This document shows, piece by piece, positions 1-8,231 of a stretch of DNA of 59,917 bases (position 1 is the stretch's first letter; every line of letters begins with the position of its first letter). Under the pieces are notes generated by a model. The model ran no database searches and was not told where the DNA came from. It was given only the letters and a program-made list of their open reading frames with translations. The stretch is from a virus (Duplodnaviria > Caudoviricetes): positions 1-59,917 of the IMG/VR virus record IMGVR_UViG_3300026097_000024, one strand, 5' to 3'. A program made the position numbers and the translations under genes.

Positions 1-852
1 TAATGAACCGTCATCTGTCCATGGTGTGGGGGATAACTCTAATACATCTTTAATTTTAACTGTTCCTGTACCAGGACTTTCTAAAATTAAATCTTCATTG
101 CTGGATAATGTTGAAATAATATTATCTTGAATTCTAATTTCGCCAGTTTCAAACCTAGAATCATAAAAAGTTGCTACAACTGAGTTATCTACACCAATAT
201 CTACTCTGCTGGGATTACCTGTGACACTGAAATCTAAAGCTTCTACATATGTGTCGTCTTCTTCAATTCTAGACTGAAAAACATTTCCTATTGTAAAATC
301 AACATAATCAACTACTGCTTTAGTATTAGGAATTGTATCATCATCTATTACAGTGCCAAGATTATTTCCGCTTCCGTCATAAGCAAAAATTTTCTCTTCG
401 TAATCGGTTGTTCCAGTAACAGTAATTACACCTGCTCCGGTGCTGACATACAAGTTACCTCCTGCAACTATTCCAGGAGTTTTAATCGGTAGTGTCTGTG
501 ATCCTGCTTCAAAAGTAAATGTACCTGTGCCTATGGTGCCTCCAAGGCTCCAAGATATTTGTTCATCAAACACAAACCTAGCATCAGGTAACTGTCCTCT
601 AATAATTTCTATACCAGAACGGTAATTGAGACTTGCAGGTATGCCATTGGCAACATTTTCTGAATTCAAAACAATAATATTGTCTGCCACAGACATTATT
701 GTTGACTCTACAGTTGTTGTGTTTCCTCGGACTTCAAGGTTTCCTGTAATAACCGTAGTGCCATTATCCACACCTGTGTCAAGCGTGATTGTACCGCCGT
801 CTTGCACGGCAATTTTATAATCACTGTTTGATACCCTTACAACTTTTGACAT
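1..852 (-). CDS. Virion structural / fibre-like protein, 3' end truncated by the window edge (absent from the ORF track)
   Basis: ATG at 852-850 with an open frame to position 1 (MSKVVRVSNSDYKIAVQDGGTITLDTG...GNLEVRGNTTTVESTIMSVADNIIVLN...). The GNL.V.G.TT...ST...V.DN.I.L motif also occurs in the fibre at 44048-45949. Confidence 0.75.
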   Translation of the reverse strand, partial: MSKVVRVSNSDYKIAVQDGGTITLDTGVDNGTTVITGNLEVRGNTTTVESTIMSVADNIIVLNSENVANGIPASLNYRSGIEIIRGQLPDARFVFDEQISWSLGGTIGTGTFTFEAGSQTLPIKTPGIVAGGNLYVSTGAGVITVTGTTDYEEKIFAYDGSGNNLGTVIDDDTIPNTKAVVDYVDFTIGNVFQSRIEEDDTYVEALDFSVTGNPSRVDIGVDNSVVATFYDSRFETGEIRIQDNIISTLSSNEDLILESPGTGTVKIKDVLELSPTPWTDDGSL

Positions 853-863
853 TTATAAATCCT

Positions 864-887
864 AAAAACGGGGGAATACACCCCCTT
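864..887 (-). terminator. Rho-independent terminator after the 892-1371 gene
   Basis: Minus strand reads GGGGG-TGTATT-CCCCC followed by GTTTTT, just downstream of the stop codon. Confidence 0.7.
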
Positions 888-891
888 ATAA

Positions 892-1371
892 TTAGACTTC
901 AGTTAGTACAAGAACATTTCTTGACGAATCGTTGTCAATGTACCATGTGTAAATGTTGCCGTCAAAGTCATATGCTTTACTACCATTAATTTTTCTAATA
1001 GTAACTTGATTTCCTTGACCTACACCATTAACCCATCCTAGAATAACCATTTCTCCTTCGTCTAGGTCCGAGCTGTCATCCCAGTCTGCAAGTGTACACA
1101 CGCCGTCGCCGTCAGATGTGCTTACCTTAAATCTGTTAGGACCTTTCTGTGCTACAATGTATAGATTATCGTTTGGTGCATCGTCGCCACCTTCGTTAGC
1201 GCCGCCAGGTATGCGGGCCATAAACACCGGCATGTTCCAAGCATTTTCATTTAATTTAGGTGCAGTATTTGAGGTTACTGTGTATCCGTGAATGTTTGTT
1301 CCGTCTGCTGTAGGATCAGCAGTTGATCCACCTTGTGGACCAAAATATTTTCTTGATAGTGGGCGTCCCAT
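892..1371 (-). CDS. Hypothetical late (probably virion) protein, 159 aa
   Basis: ORF with SD AAGGAGA, downstream of the major capsid gene, with a late-promoter motif upstream. Confidence 0.6.
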   Translation of the reverse strand: MGRPLSRKYFGPQGGSTADPTADGTNIHGYTVTSNTAPKLNENAWNMPVFMARIPGGANEGGDDAPNDNLYIVAQKGPNRFKVSTSDGDGVCTLADWDDSSDLDEGEMVILGWVNGVGQGNQVTIRKINGSKAYDFDGNIYTWYIDNDSSRNVLVLTEV

Positions 1372-1472
1372 TTGTTTTCTCCTTGTTAGAAGTCCGATGC
1401 AGGTTCTAGCCTGCTACGCGGTGGGTACCGCATAAGTCCACCACTTTTAGGTGGCACACTTATAGACAAATG

Positions 1473-1480
1473 TATTTATC
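1473..1480 (-). promoter_or_regulatory. T4-type late promoter (GATAAATA)
   Basis: Matches the gp55-dependent TATAAATA consensus; lies just after the capsid gene terminator. Confidence 0.6.
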
Positions 1481-1486
1481 AAATAT

Positions 1487-1511
1487 AAAAAAAGGGCTCC
1501 GAAGAGCCCCT
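1487..1511 (-). terminator. Rho-independent terminator of the major capsid gene, with a UUCG tetraloop
   Basis: Minus strand reads GGGCTC-TTCG-GAGCCC-TTTTTTT. Confidence 0.9.
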
Positions 1512-1534
1512 TATCGTTGTTACCTAAATTACTA

Positions 1535-2701
1535 TTAGCTGAACGATACATTACCGTTAGTAATAGAAACTTCACCAAGGTAATCAGCAGCGTTACCAAG
1601 AGATGACGCTGTGTTAGTTAGTTCTACATAACCGTATCTGGTCATGAAGCTAACTACTGGCTCGAATGTTTCTGGATCCAGTACAACACCGCTTGACATC
1701 AATGGGATGTATGGGCAGTAGAATGCAGCTGCATCTGATTCGCTTGAACCTTTGTAACCTACCAATACTGGTGTGCTGTCTCCAGCATAGCTGTCTACAT
1801 AAACACGCATTGCATTGTTTAGTGTACCAACAAACTTGGTATTGGTTGGAGCTTCAAAAGCGCCTTCAGTTGTACGAGCGAACGCTGAAGTAGTTGCTGA
1901 CTGAAGAATTGTAAGCGCGAATGGCGATACAACTGCCCAGTTACCAGCACCACGACGTGTACGCTGTGCAATCAAGTTACTTACGCGGTTAATTTGAACT
2001 GCTAGTGCAGCATGCTCATCACCTACGAAAGTAGCAGTACCTGAAACTGACGCTTGGTCATATGTTTCATAAGCACTTGAAAGTGAACGAAGAGAATTTA
2101 GAATTTCTTGGTCAATTTCAGCGGTAATTTCTTGAGCTAGAGCAGCCATAATTTCTGCTTCAACATCAATACCGTGTTGTGCTTGTGCATCCTGTGCAGC
2201 TTCGAATGTCCAGCGTGCGCTGAGCTTACGAGTTTTAGCTTCTACAGTTTGCTTCAAGATTTGAATGCTCATCTTACGACCTGCTGAACCTTCAAGTGCG
2301 GCTGTTGCATTAGCTACGCCTGCTGGATCAGTACCAGTACCAGAATATGCAGTACCAATCTTGAATGGTGATAGTGCTTCATCACCTGCTGTAATGTTGT
2401 CGTTAGTCTCTGAATAACGAACACGCAATGTGTGGATTTGACCCACAGGACCAGTCATAGGTTGTACACCAACAATTTCATTTGCAATCACTGTTGGCAT
2501 TACACGTCTGATTACTGGAAGAATCACACGATTTAGTGTAGCTACGTTACCGGCAGAAGTAGCACCTGCTGTTGCGGATTCTTGAAGATGCTTACGAGTA
2601 TTTTCAAGAGTGCTTTCCATAACAGATTTCTTAGTGCCTTGAAGGCCTTCAAGAAGTGCGCTTTTAGTTTCCTGCCAGCGACCTGTTAATAGTTCTGACA
2701 T
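1535..2701 (-). CDS. gp23: Major capsid protein (T4 gp23 family)
   Basis: Motifs VIRRVMPTVIANEIVGVQPMTGPVGQI, EAKTRKLSARWTFEAAQD, AFYCPYIPL and FEPVVSFMTRYG; strong SD AAGGAG; follows the gp21-gp22 genes. Confidence 0.97.
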   Translation of the reverse strand: MSELLTGRWQETKSALLEGLQGTKKSVMESTLENTRKHLQESATAGATSAGNVATLNRVILPVIRRVMPTVIANEIVGVQPMTGPVGQIHTLRVRYSETNDNITAGDEALSPFKIGTAYSGTGTDPAGVANATAALEGSAGRKMSIQILKQTVEAKTRKLSARWTFEAAQDAQAQHGIDVEAEIMAALAQEITAEIDQEILNSLRSLSSAYETYDQASVSGTATFVGDEHAALAVQINRVSNLIAQRTRRGAGNWAVVSPFALTILQSATTSAFARTTEGAFEAPTNTKFVGTLNNAMRVYVDSYAGDSTPVLVGYKGSSESDAAAFYCPYIPLMSSGVVLDPETFEPVVSFMTRYGYVELTNTASSLGNAADYLGEVSITNGNVSFS

Positions 2702-2718
2702 TTTTAATATCTCCTTTA

Positions 2719-3810
2719 TTATAATCCAGCTAGACGACGAATGTCTACTACATTTTGTTCGTCTGCTTTGTCACTAACGTTAGTTGTTTCTCTGTTGCCT
2801 GTTACTTCTTTGCCTTCTGTGAGTTGTGCCTTCTGCTTCGCTGGACTTTTACCGTCGATTACTGCCGGTAAGTACTTGTCAAACGCTGAGCGTAGCTTAG
2901 GCGTTTGAACTGATTCCAGTAAGTCTACCATAATATCTCTTTGATCCCTGGATAAAGGAGCAACGAGTTCATTAATTGTTTCACTGCGTTCTGTTGTTTC
3001 TACAATCTTCTTAATTTCAGCATCTCTGCTTTCAACAAGTTTTTTAGTTTTTACAACAGCGGTTTTTGCTTCTGCTAACTGCTTGTCTTTAAGTTCTACA
3101 ACTTTCATTAACTTTGCAGTTTCAGATTTTTCATTTAGATAACTAGTCGAGTACTCTGAAGCAAAAGCTTCAAACAACTTGCGTCCAAAATCATTTCTGC
3201 GTGCTTCTTCGATGTCTTCTTTGAGTTGATCAATTTCACTGTTAAGTTTTTTGCCAACAGTTTCTGACACCAATGATGCGCTCTTTGCAACAAAATCTTT
3301 CTTGACTTGTGCAAATTTATCTTTAGCTTCTTTCACAAGTTTTACCTTGGTTTCAGCTAAATCTTTTTTGTCTTCATAGAATTCTGCAATCTCTTTTGCA
3401 AGTGCTTCTACAACGAACTCTTCTAGTTTGGCAAAATTTGTTGCCATAACTTTTTGATCTTCGTGTAATTCTCTAACTTCTTTAGCCAAAGATTCTGTAA
3501 CAAATCCTTTCAGCAGATTTGCGTTTTCACGCATAGCAACAGCATATTTTGCCTTTGCTTCTGCAAGTTGTTTGCGATCATCCGCAAATTCAGCTATTTC
3601 AGTTGAAAGTCTTTCTTCAAGCATCTGCTCAATAGCTTCGACCATTACATTCTTGTCATGTTCGTATTTTTGAGCAAATTCCTCACGAAGTTCAGCGGTG
3701 ACAGCTTGACGATTTTCTTTAATCTTAGCATTCCACGCTTCTTCAATTTCGTTGCGCACTTCTTCAGATACTACATCATTTTCAAAAAGTGTCTTTAGTG
3801 CATCCAACAT
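2719..3810 (-). CDS. gp22: Prohead core scaffolding protein (gp22-like)
   Basis: E/K/A-rich coiled coil between the protease and capsid genes. Start placed at ATG 3810 from the spacing of SD GGAG. Confidence 0.85.
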   Translation of the reverse strand: MLDALKTLFENDVVSEEVRNEIEEAWNAKIKENRQAVTAELREEFAQKYEHDKNVMVEAIEQMLEERLSTEIAEFADDRKQLAEAKAKYAVAMRENANLLKGFVTESLAKEVRELHEDQKVMATNFAKLEEFVVEALAKEIAEFYEDKKDLAETKVKLVKEAKDKFAQVKKDFVAKSASLVSETVGKKLNSEIDQLKEDIEEARRNDFGRKLFEAFASEYSTSYLNEKSETAKLMKVVELKDKQLAEAKTAVVKTKKLVESRDAEIKKIVETTERSETINELVAPLSRDQRDIMVDLLESVQTPKLRSAFDKYLPAVIDGKSPAKQKAQLTEGKEVTGNRETTNVSDKADEQNVVDIRRLAGL

Positions 3811-3823
3811 ATACATTCTCCCT

Positions 3824-4447
3824 TCATTGGAGTTTATTGATTATATTAATCAATGATTCTTTCAAATATTTCTGTGCCTTAGGATCTTCTTTGGTTGCCT
3901 GTGCCAGTTCATATGCCTTATACCCGCCTCGGGCATTCATTAGATGCTCGTAGATAGGCGTTGGATATGCGCCTGGAGCACTAGGTTGGGCGACAACGTC
4001 AACAGTGATAATTTCGAAATCTGAAACTTCACCGTTGCCGTCTTCGCTAACATTACCTGATCCCCTAGAGGAGACACCTAGTTTAACGTTGCTTTCCAGC
4101 ATTGTTTTTACTAATTGTCCCATAGGAGTTGGTAAAATTTTTAATTTACCGTAACCATTTGGGCCATCCATCCACATTTCTGTGATCATATGGCTTACAC
4201 GATCAAGGTTTATGTTAAGGCCTTCTGGATGATCAACTTCGCCGAGAGGGGTAAAACCGTTCATGCATTGATCGTTGAGAGTTTTGACAGCCCTGCCTAT
4301 TTCATTTACAGGATACACTCGCTGGTTTGCATTTCGAACACCACCCTGAATGCAAATACCTTTCATGTAAAGATCTTTGCCTTCATTTGTGCTTTCAAGC
4401 ACAATTTGTGCTTGATCAAATGTCAAATGCTCTCGTAAGTTTATCAT
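3824..4447 (-). CDS. gp21: Prohead maturation protease (gp21 family)
   Basis: Motifs GICIQGGVRNANQRVYP, LGEVDHP, LGVSSRGSG and DVVAQPSAPGAY. Confidence 0.95.
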   Translation of the reverse strand: MINLREHLTFDQAQIVLESTNEGKDLYMKGICIQGGVRNANQRVYPVNEIGRAVKTLNDQCMNGFTPLGEVDHPEGLNINLDRVSHMITEMWMDGPNGYGKLKILPTPMGQLVKTMLESNVKLGVSSRGSGNVSEDGNGEVSDFEIITVDVVAQPSAPGAYPTPIYEHLMNARGGYKAYELAQATKEDPKAQKYLKESLINIINKLQ

Positions 4448-4460
4448 TCAAACTTCCTTG

Positions 4461-5399
4461 TTAAGAGCCAATAGTTGACTTCTTGTTAGCTGCTGTTTCA
4501 CCAGCACCTTTCTTTTCTGCACCGTGACCTTTTGGCATGTTCTTCATTGACTTCGAAGCTTTGCCTCCTGGTACATTCACGTTGCCCATGTTATCTTCTG
4601 TGGGCTTGCCTTTAAATACGCCATTGCCTTTCAGTTCACCTTTGTTAGCTTCTACGCCATTTTCAGTGTCGTTGCGTGCAATATTTTGAGCTGTTCCACC
4701 CATGTCATTTTTCATATCGTCGATTGTTGACTTTGTGTTAGTACCACCTTGTTCTGTATTTGACGGTGCACCAACCTTTTCAACATATTCTCTCATAAGA
4801 TCGAGCTCATCTTGCTCTTCAACTTCTTCGTCGTCCTCTTCGAAAGCATATGATTCTTGTTCTTCGTCGTCCGTGTCGCCTTCTTCGTCGTCCATGTCGC
4901 CGTCCATGTCGCCTTCTTCGTCGTCCATGTCGCCGTCTTCATCTGACATCATTTTTTCAAACTCAGCTTTGAGTTCATCTAATGCATCTTCAAGATCTTC
5001 TACACGATCTTCTACATCGTCTTCACCTTCGTCATCCATGTCCATGTCCATGTCCATTTCATCGTCGGCGTCCATAGACACATCCATTTCTAAATCGTCA
5101 GTTTCGTCGCCGCCCATCATGTCGTCGTCAGCTTCTACTTCAAATTCCTCAAGATCGAATCCTTCGTCCATCTCTTCTTCTTCGTCGTCTTCATCTTTGG
5201 CTTCGTCGATTTCTTCTTCGTCGTCTTCATCTTTGGCTTCGTCAACTTCTTCGTCGTCTTCCAAATCAGACTCTAACAGATTTTCGTAAATTTTGCGTGA
5301 TTGTTCTACCACGATTTCATGGAAAAGCTCTTCAGCACCTTCCTTATCTTCATTGATAAGGCGCTCAAGCATTTCTTCAAACTTGTTGCGATCAGTCAT
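4461..5399 (-). CDS. Highly acidic prohead core-like protein (in the gp67/gp68 position)
   Basis: Long D/E/M low-complexity tract and basic C-terminus. SD CAGGAG precedes ATG 5399, which is a better start than the 5432 in the ORF track. Located between portal and protease. Confidence 0.7.
   Translation of the reverse strand: MTDRNKFEEMLERLINEDKEGAEELFHEIVVEQSRKIYENLLESDLEDDEEVDEAKDEDDEEEIDEAKDEDDEEEEMDEGFDLEEFEVEADDDMMGGDETDDLEMDVSMDADDEMDMDMDMDDEGEDDVEDRVEDLEDALDELKAEFEKMMSDEDGDMDDEEGDMDGDMDDEEGDTDDEEQESYAFEEDDEEVEEQDELDLMREYVEKVGAPSNTEQGGTNTKSTIDDMKNDMGGTAQNIARNDTENGVEANKGELKGNGVFKGKPTEDNMGNVNVPGGKASKSMKNMPKGHGAEKKGAGETAANKKSTIGS
5175..5243. repeat. 33-bp direct repeat, 36-bp period, inside the acidic protein gene
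   Basis: TTCTTCTTCGTCGTCTTCATCTTTGGCTTCGTC at 5175-5207 and 5211-5243 (encodes DEAKDEDDEEE twice). Confidence 0.9.
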
Positions 5400-5512
5400 G
5401 ATTTTCTCCTGTAAATAATCTTTCTTACACAAGGTAAGGCTGTCATTTTTATTTACAAGATTACAGAAAAACTACGCTCAAACAGGCGTTTTTTGAAGAG
5501 ATTTGAGACAAA

Positions 5513-6226
5513 TTACAAAAAATCGAATGTTTTTTGAAATTCATCTACGGTGATTGTTGTTAAATTGTCAAATTTATTTAGTTCGTCGGGGCAGTAATTA
5601 TCTGGTGCTATAACTCTGTAAAACTGAATTTCTGGATGTTCTTTAACAACAGAGCAGGTCTGCCTTAGCCAGTTTCCAAAGAAGGTTGCGCCATCGTTTG
5701 ACTTTTTATAATTCACAGTATCTGCATACAGATTATTAAGTTTCTTACCATCGTTTAAACCTCTATAATCAAATCCTAAAATAAAAATTTTTTCATATTG
5801 ATGTTTAGAAGCTAACCACAAGGCAGTTGGTCCACTGCTCCATCCTTTAGAAGGATTGAAAAAATTTAGGTTTTTAATTTTTTGATACGATTTGTTAGGA
5901 TTAGTCCATACTTGGTTGCGATTTTGATATCCTGCTTTGTTTATTTCTAATATCATCTTAACATCAACAGCTACTAGATAATCCGGAGAGAATGTTCTAT
6001 ACAATGCATTGCATCCATATACTGTGCCATATGTTTGCAGATCTTTTGGATTGATAGGTTTACGACTGGTACCGTTTCCTAAAACAAATGCTATCTTTTG
6101 ATTGGTTGATACCCTAAGGTTTGACGATTGCTCTGTGATTTGTTTTGCATTTTTTTCAGCCCGGCGGGCATTACGAATTTTTTGCCATTCTTCTTTTGTT
6201 AATTGAGATTTGTCTATTTTCGGCAT
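5513..6226 (-). CDS. DUF115/Maf/GT42-sialyltransferase-like protein
   Basis: Motifs AFVLGNGTSR, YGCNALYR, PDYLVAVD, SSGPTALWLA and IFILGFDY are typical of this Rossmann-like family. Confidence 0.65.
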   Translation of the reverse strand: MPKIDKSQLTKEEWQKIRNARRAEKNAKQITEQSSNLRVSTNQKIAFVLGNGTSRKPINPKDLQTYGTVYGCNALYRTFSPDYLVAVDVKMILEINKAGYQNRNQVWTNPNKSYQKIKNLNFFNPSKGWSSGPTALWLASKHQYEKIFILGFDYRGLNDGKKLNNLYADTVNYKKSNDGATFFGNWLRQTCSVVKEHPEIQFYRVIAPDNYCPDELNKFDNLTTITVDEFQKTFDFL

Positions 6227-6474
6227 TACACACCTTGGGCTTCAGCTTGTGCTGCCATTCCATACATTTGACGAACAAAGTCTATTTCTTCTTGTTGTTC
6301 TTTTTTGTGTAATTCAGCGGCTTTTCTAGCGCGATTTATTTGATCAAGTGTAAGACGAGTTTTTCTAACATCACTGGATTGCACAATAGATTGATCGTAA
6401 TCAGGATTATAACGATCATTTTCCACTGGTTCTAGTGTTTCTTTGTCAAAGTAAAAAAGTTCTCTTAAGATCAT
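6226..6474 (-). CDS. Small hypothetical head-module protein, 82 aa
   Basis: ORF immediately after the portal, preceded by TATAAATA. Confidence 0.65.
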   Translation of the reverse strand: MILRELFYFDKETLEPVENDRYNPDYDQSIVQSSDVRKTRLTLDQINRARKAAELHKKEQQEEIDFVRQMYGMAAQAEAQGV

Positions 6475-6479
6475 AAAAG

Positions 6480-6487
6480 TATTTATA
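6480..6487 (-). promoter_or_regulatory. T4-type late promoter TATAAATA
   Basis: Perfect consensus overlapping the portal stop codon. Confidence 0.65.
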
Positions 6488-8228
6488 TAGTTTGTTCACC
6501 AGGTGCTTCTGTCGGTCCAGGCTGTTGCTCGGTAGCAGTTTCTGGAGGTGTAGCTTCTGGTCCTTCTTCCGTTGGAGTGTCTATGTCAGCTATGTCTTCT
6601 GCACCGCTTATGTCAGAACTTATTCCTGCAGAACTGATGCCAACTCCTCGCATTTCACCTGCCGCGTCGCTTGGCTGAGGACTTAAATCTTCGTCATTTT
6701 CTTCTCGCCACAGTCGTTCATTCTCTGCAATTTCTTCAGCACTCAGCCCAAGATATCTTGACATTGCAAATCTGTTAGATATAAATGGTATCTGCTGAAT
6801 CTGAGAAAATGTAGGGATCCGCGCATTGTCTAATTCGCTTTGTCTGTATGCTGCAAAATTCTGAGGGACTTCAAATTTTAGATCAAACATTGAAGTATCA
6901 ATGTTAACACCTTTTTCTAATAGATAGCGTTTAAATTCTTGGTCAAAATCTTCTGCTATTAATCCTTGTAGTCTTTCGCAGTAATTGTTAAATCGCAGTT
7001 CTTGAATATATGCTGTACCTACTCTGCCGTCATTGTAGCTAGTTGCTCCATCATCAGCTCCGGTAGGCAGATATGAGCTCGGGATTCGTAAGCCGCGTAC
7101 AAGCTTATTAGTAAAGTATCTAAGATCATCAATTTCTCCAAGGTTTGTGCCTCCTGGCAGTGTTTCAACTTTTGATCCGCGCCCTTCTGCGGTTTGTGGA
7201 AAGAAGTAGTCTTCGTTGATTGACAAAGGATTATACGCCGAGTCTATAACATTCTGTCCACCGCCTGTTGCTGATGGAATCCTTCTTTGATGGATTTCAG
7301 TTTTTACCCGTTCAACAAATTGCATTGCAAGATGCGAAGGCATATTTCCTACATCAACATAAAATACTCTGCGTTCTGGTGCTCTTTGCACACGATAGAT
7401 AATAATAGCATCTTCTAAAAGTTCTTTTTGCTTGTAAACTTTGAATACACTTTCTAAAAGTGAATTACCAAAAGGATAATTATTGTCTAAACCTTCTGAT
7501 AAACTAAGATGCACAACATGCTCAGCATCAACGGCTACTTCACCTTCTTCAAGACTGAATCGGCTTCCGCTCATGGATGGGTAATTTCCTACCATCCCGC
7601 GAACACCACCTTCTGTATATCCGCTGCCACCTCCTGTTACATTTCCGTTAGTAACATGGGGTGTGGTTGCTACCATTTCTTTGAAGTTAAAAGAAATATC
7701 TTTGACAATGTATTGCTCTGGCTTTTTTCCTTCCGATTCATTTACAATAATTCGATTTACTTTTGCAGGATCTACATGAAACCATTTTTTTGTTTCTGGA
7801 TCTCTGATAAAAATAGAATCTCCATATTTGAAAGTGTTACGAAAAACACGAAACATTCTAGTTTCAAAATCATTAAGTTTACACCATTGTTTAAGATATT
7901 GACTGAGAATAGTTACTTCTGTGTTTGTTGCTTTTTTATGAAAATTAAATTTGAAATTTGTGCCGTTTTCTTCATTGATTTGTGTACAGAATTCTGCAAG
8001 AATATCAAGAGCAGCATTAACCTCTGAATCTAAATCCATTGTGTTGTACTGGCCATATCTTTCTATGCGGTTTGGAGAACCTACATACACATCAGGCAAA
8101 TAAGAGTTATAATTAGCCCTTGCAGGACCTGCTTGATTTCCTCCCGCGCGGCGCCCGTTAATTGGGCTATAACTACCTGACACATTATCTCCTGTGGGTA
8201 CAGGAGTGAAGTACTTTTTCCAGCTCAT
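6483..8228 (-). CDS. gp20: Portal vertex protein (T4 gp20 family)
   Basis: Motifs LLEDAIIIYRVQRAPERRVFYVDVGNMP, EDYFFPQTAEGRGSKVETLPGG and LRIPSSYL. Confidence 0.97.
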   Translation of the reverse strand: MSWKKYFTPVPTGDNVSGSYSPINGRRAGGNQAGPARANYNSYLPDVYVGSPNRIERYGQYNTMDLDSEVNAALDILAEFCTQINEENGTNFKFNFHKKATNTEVTILSQYLKQWCKLNDFETRMFRVFRNTFKYGDSIFIRDPETKKWFHVDPAKVNRIIVNESEGKKPEQYIVKDISFNFKEMVATTPHVTNGNVTGGGSGYTEGGVRGMVGNYPSMSGSRFSLEEGEVAVDAEHVVHLSLSEGLDNNYPFGNSLLESVFKVYKQKELLEDAIIIYRVQRAPERRVFYVDVGNMPSHLAMQFVERVKTEIHQRRIPSATGGGQNVIDSAYNPLSINEDYFFPQTAEGRGSKVETLPGGTNLGEIDDLRYFTNKLVRGLRIPSSYLPTGADDGATSYNDGRVGTAYIQELRFNNYCERLQGLIAEDFDQEFKRYLLEKGVNIDTSMFDLKFEVPQNFAAYRQSELDNARIPTFSQIQQIPFISNRFAMSRYLGLSAEEIAENERLWREENDEDLSPQPSDAAGEMRGVGISSAGISSDISGAEDIADIDTPTEEGPEATPPETATEQQPGPTEAPGEQTI

Positions 8229-8231
8229 TTA

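Noticed and set aside
440-989. Three short plus-strand ORFs in the track
   Set aside because: They are antisense to real minus-strand genes, including the edge-truncated CDS 1-852 that the track missed.
4702-5289. 195-aa Ser-rich ORF on the plus strand
   Set aside because: Antisense shadow of GAA/GAC/GAT codons in the acidic protein; no SD or promoter.
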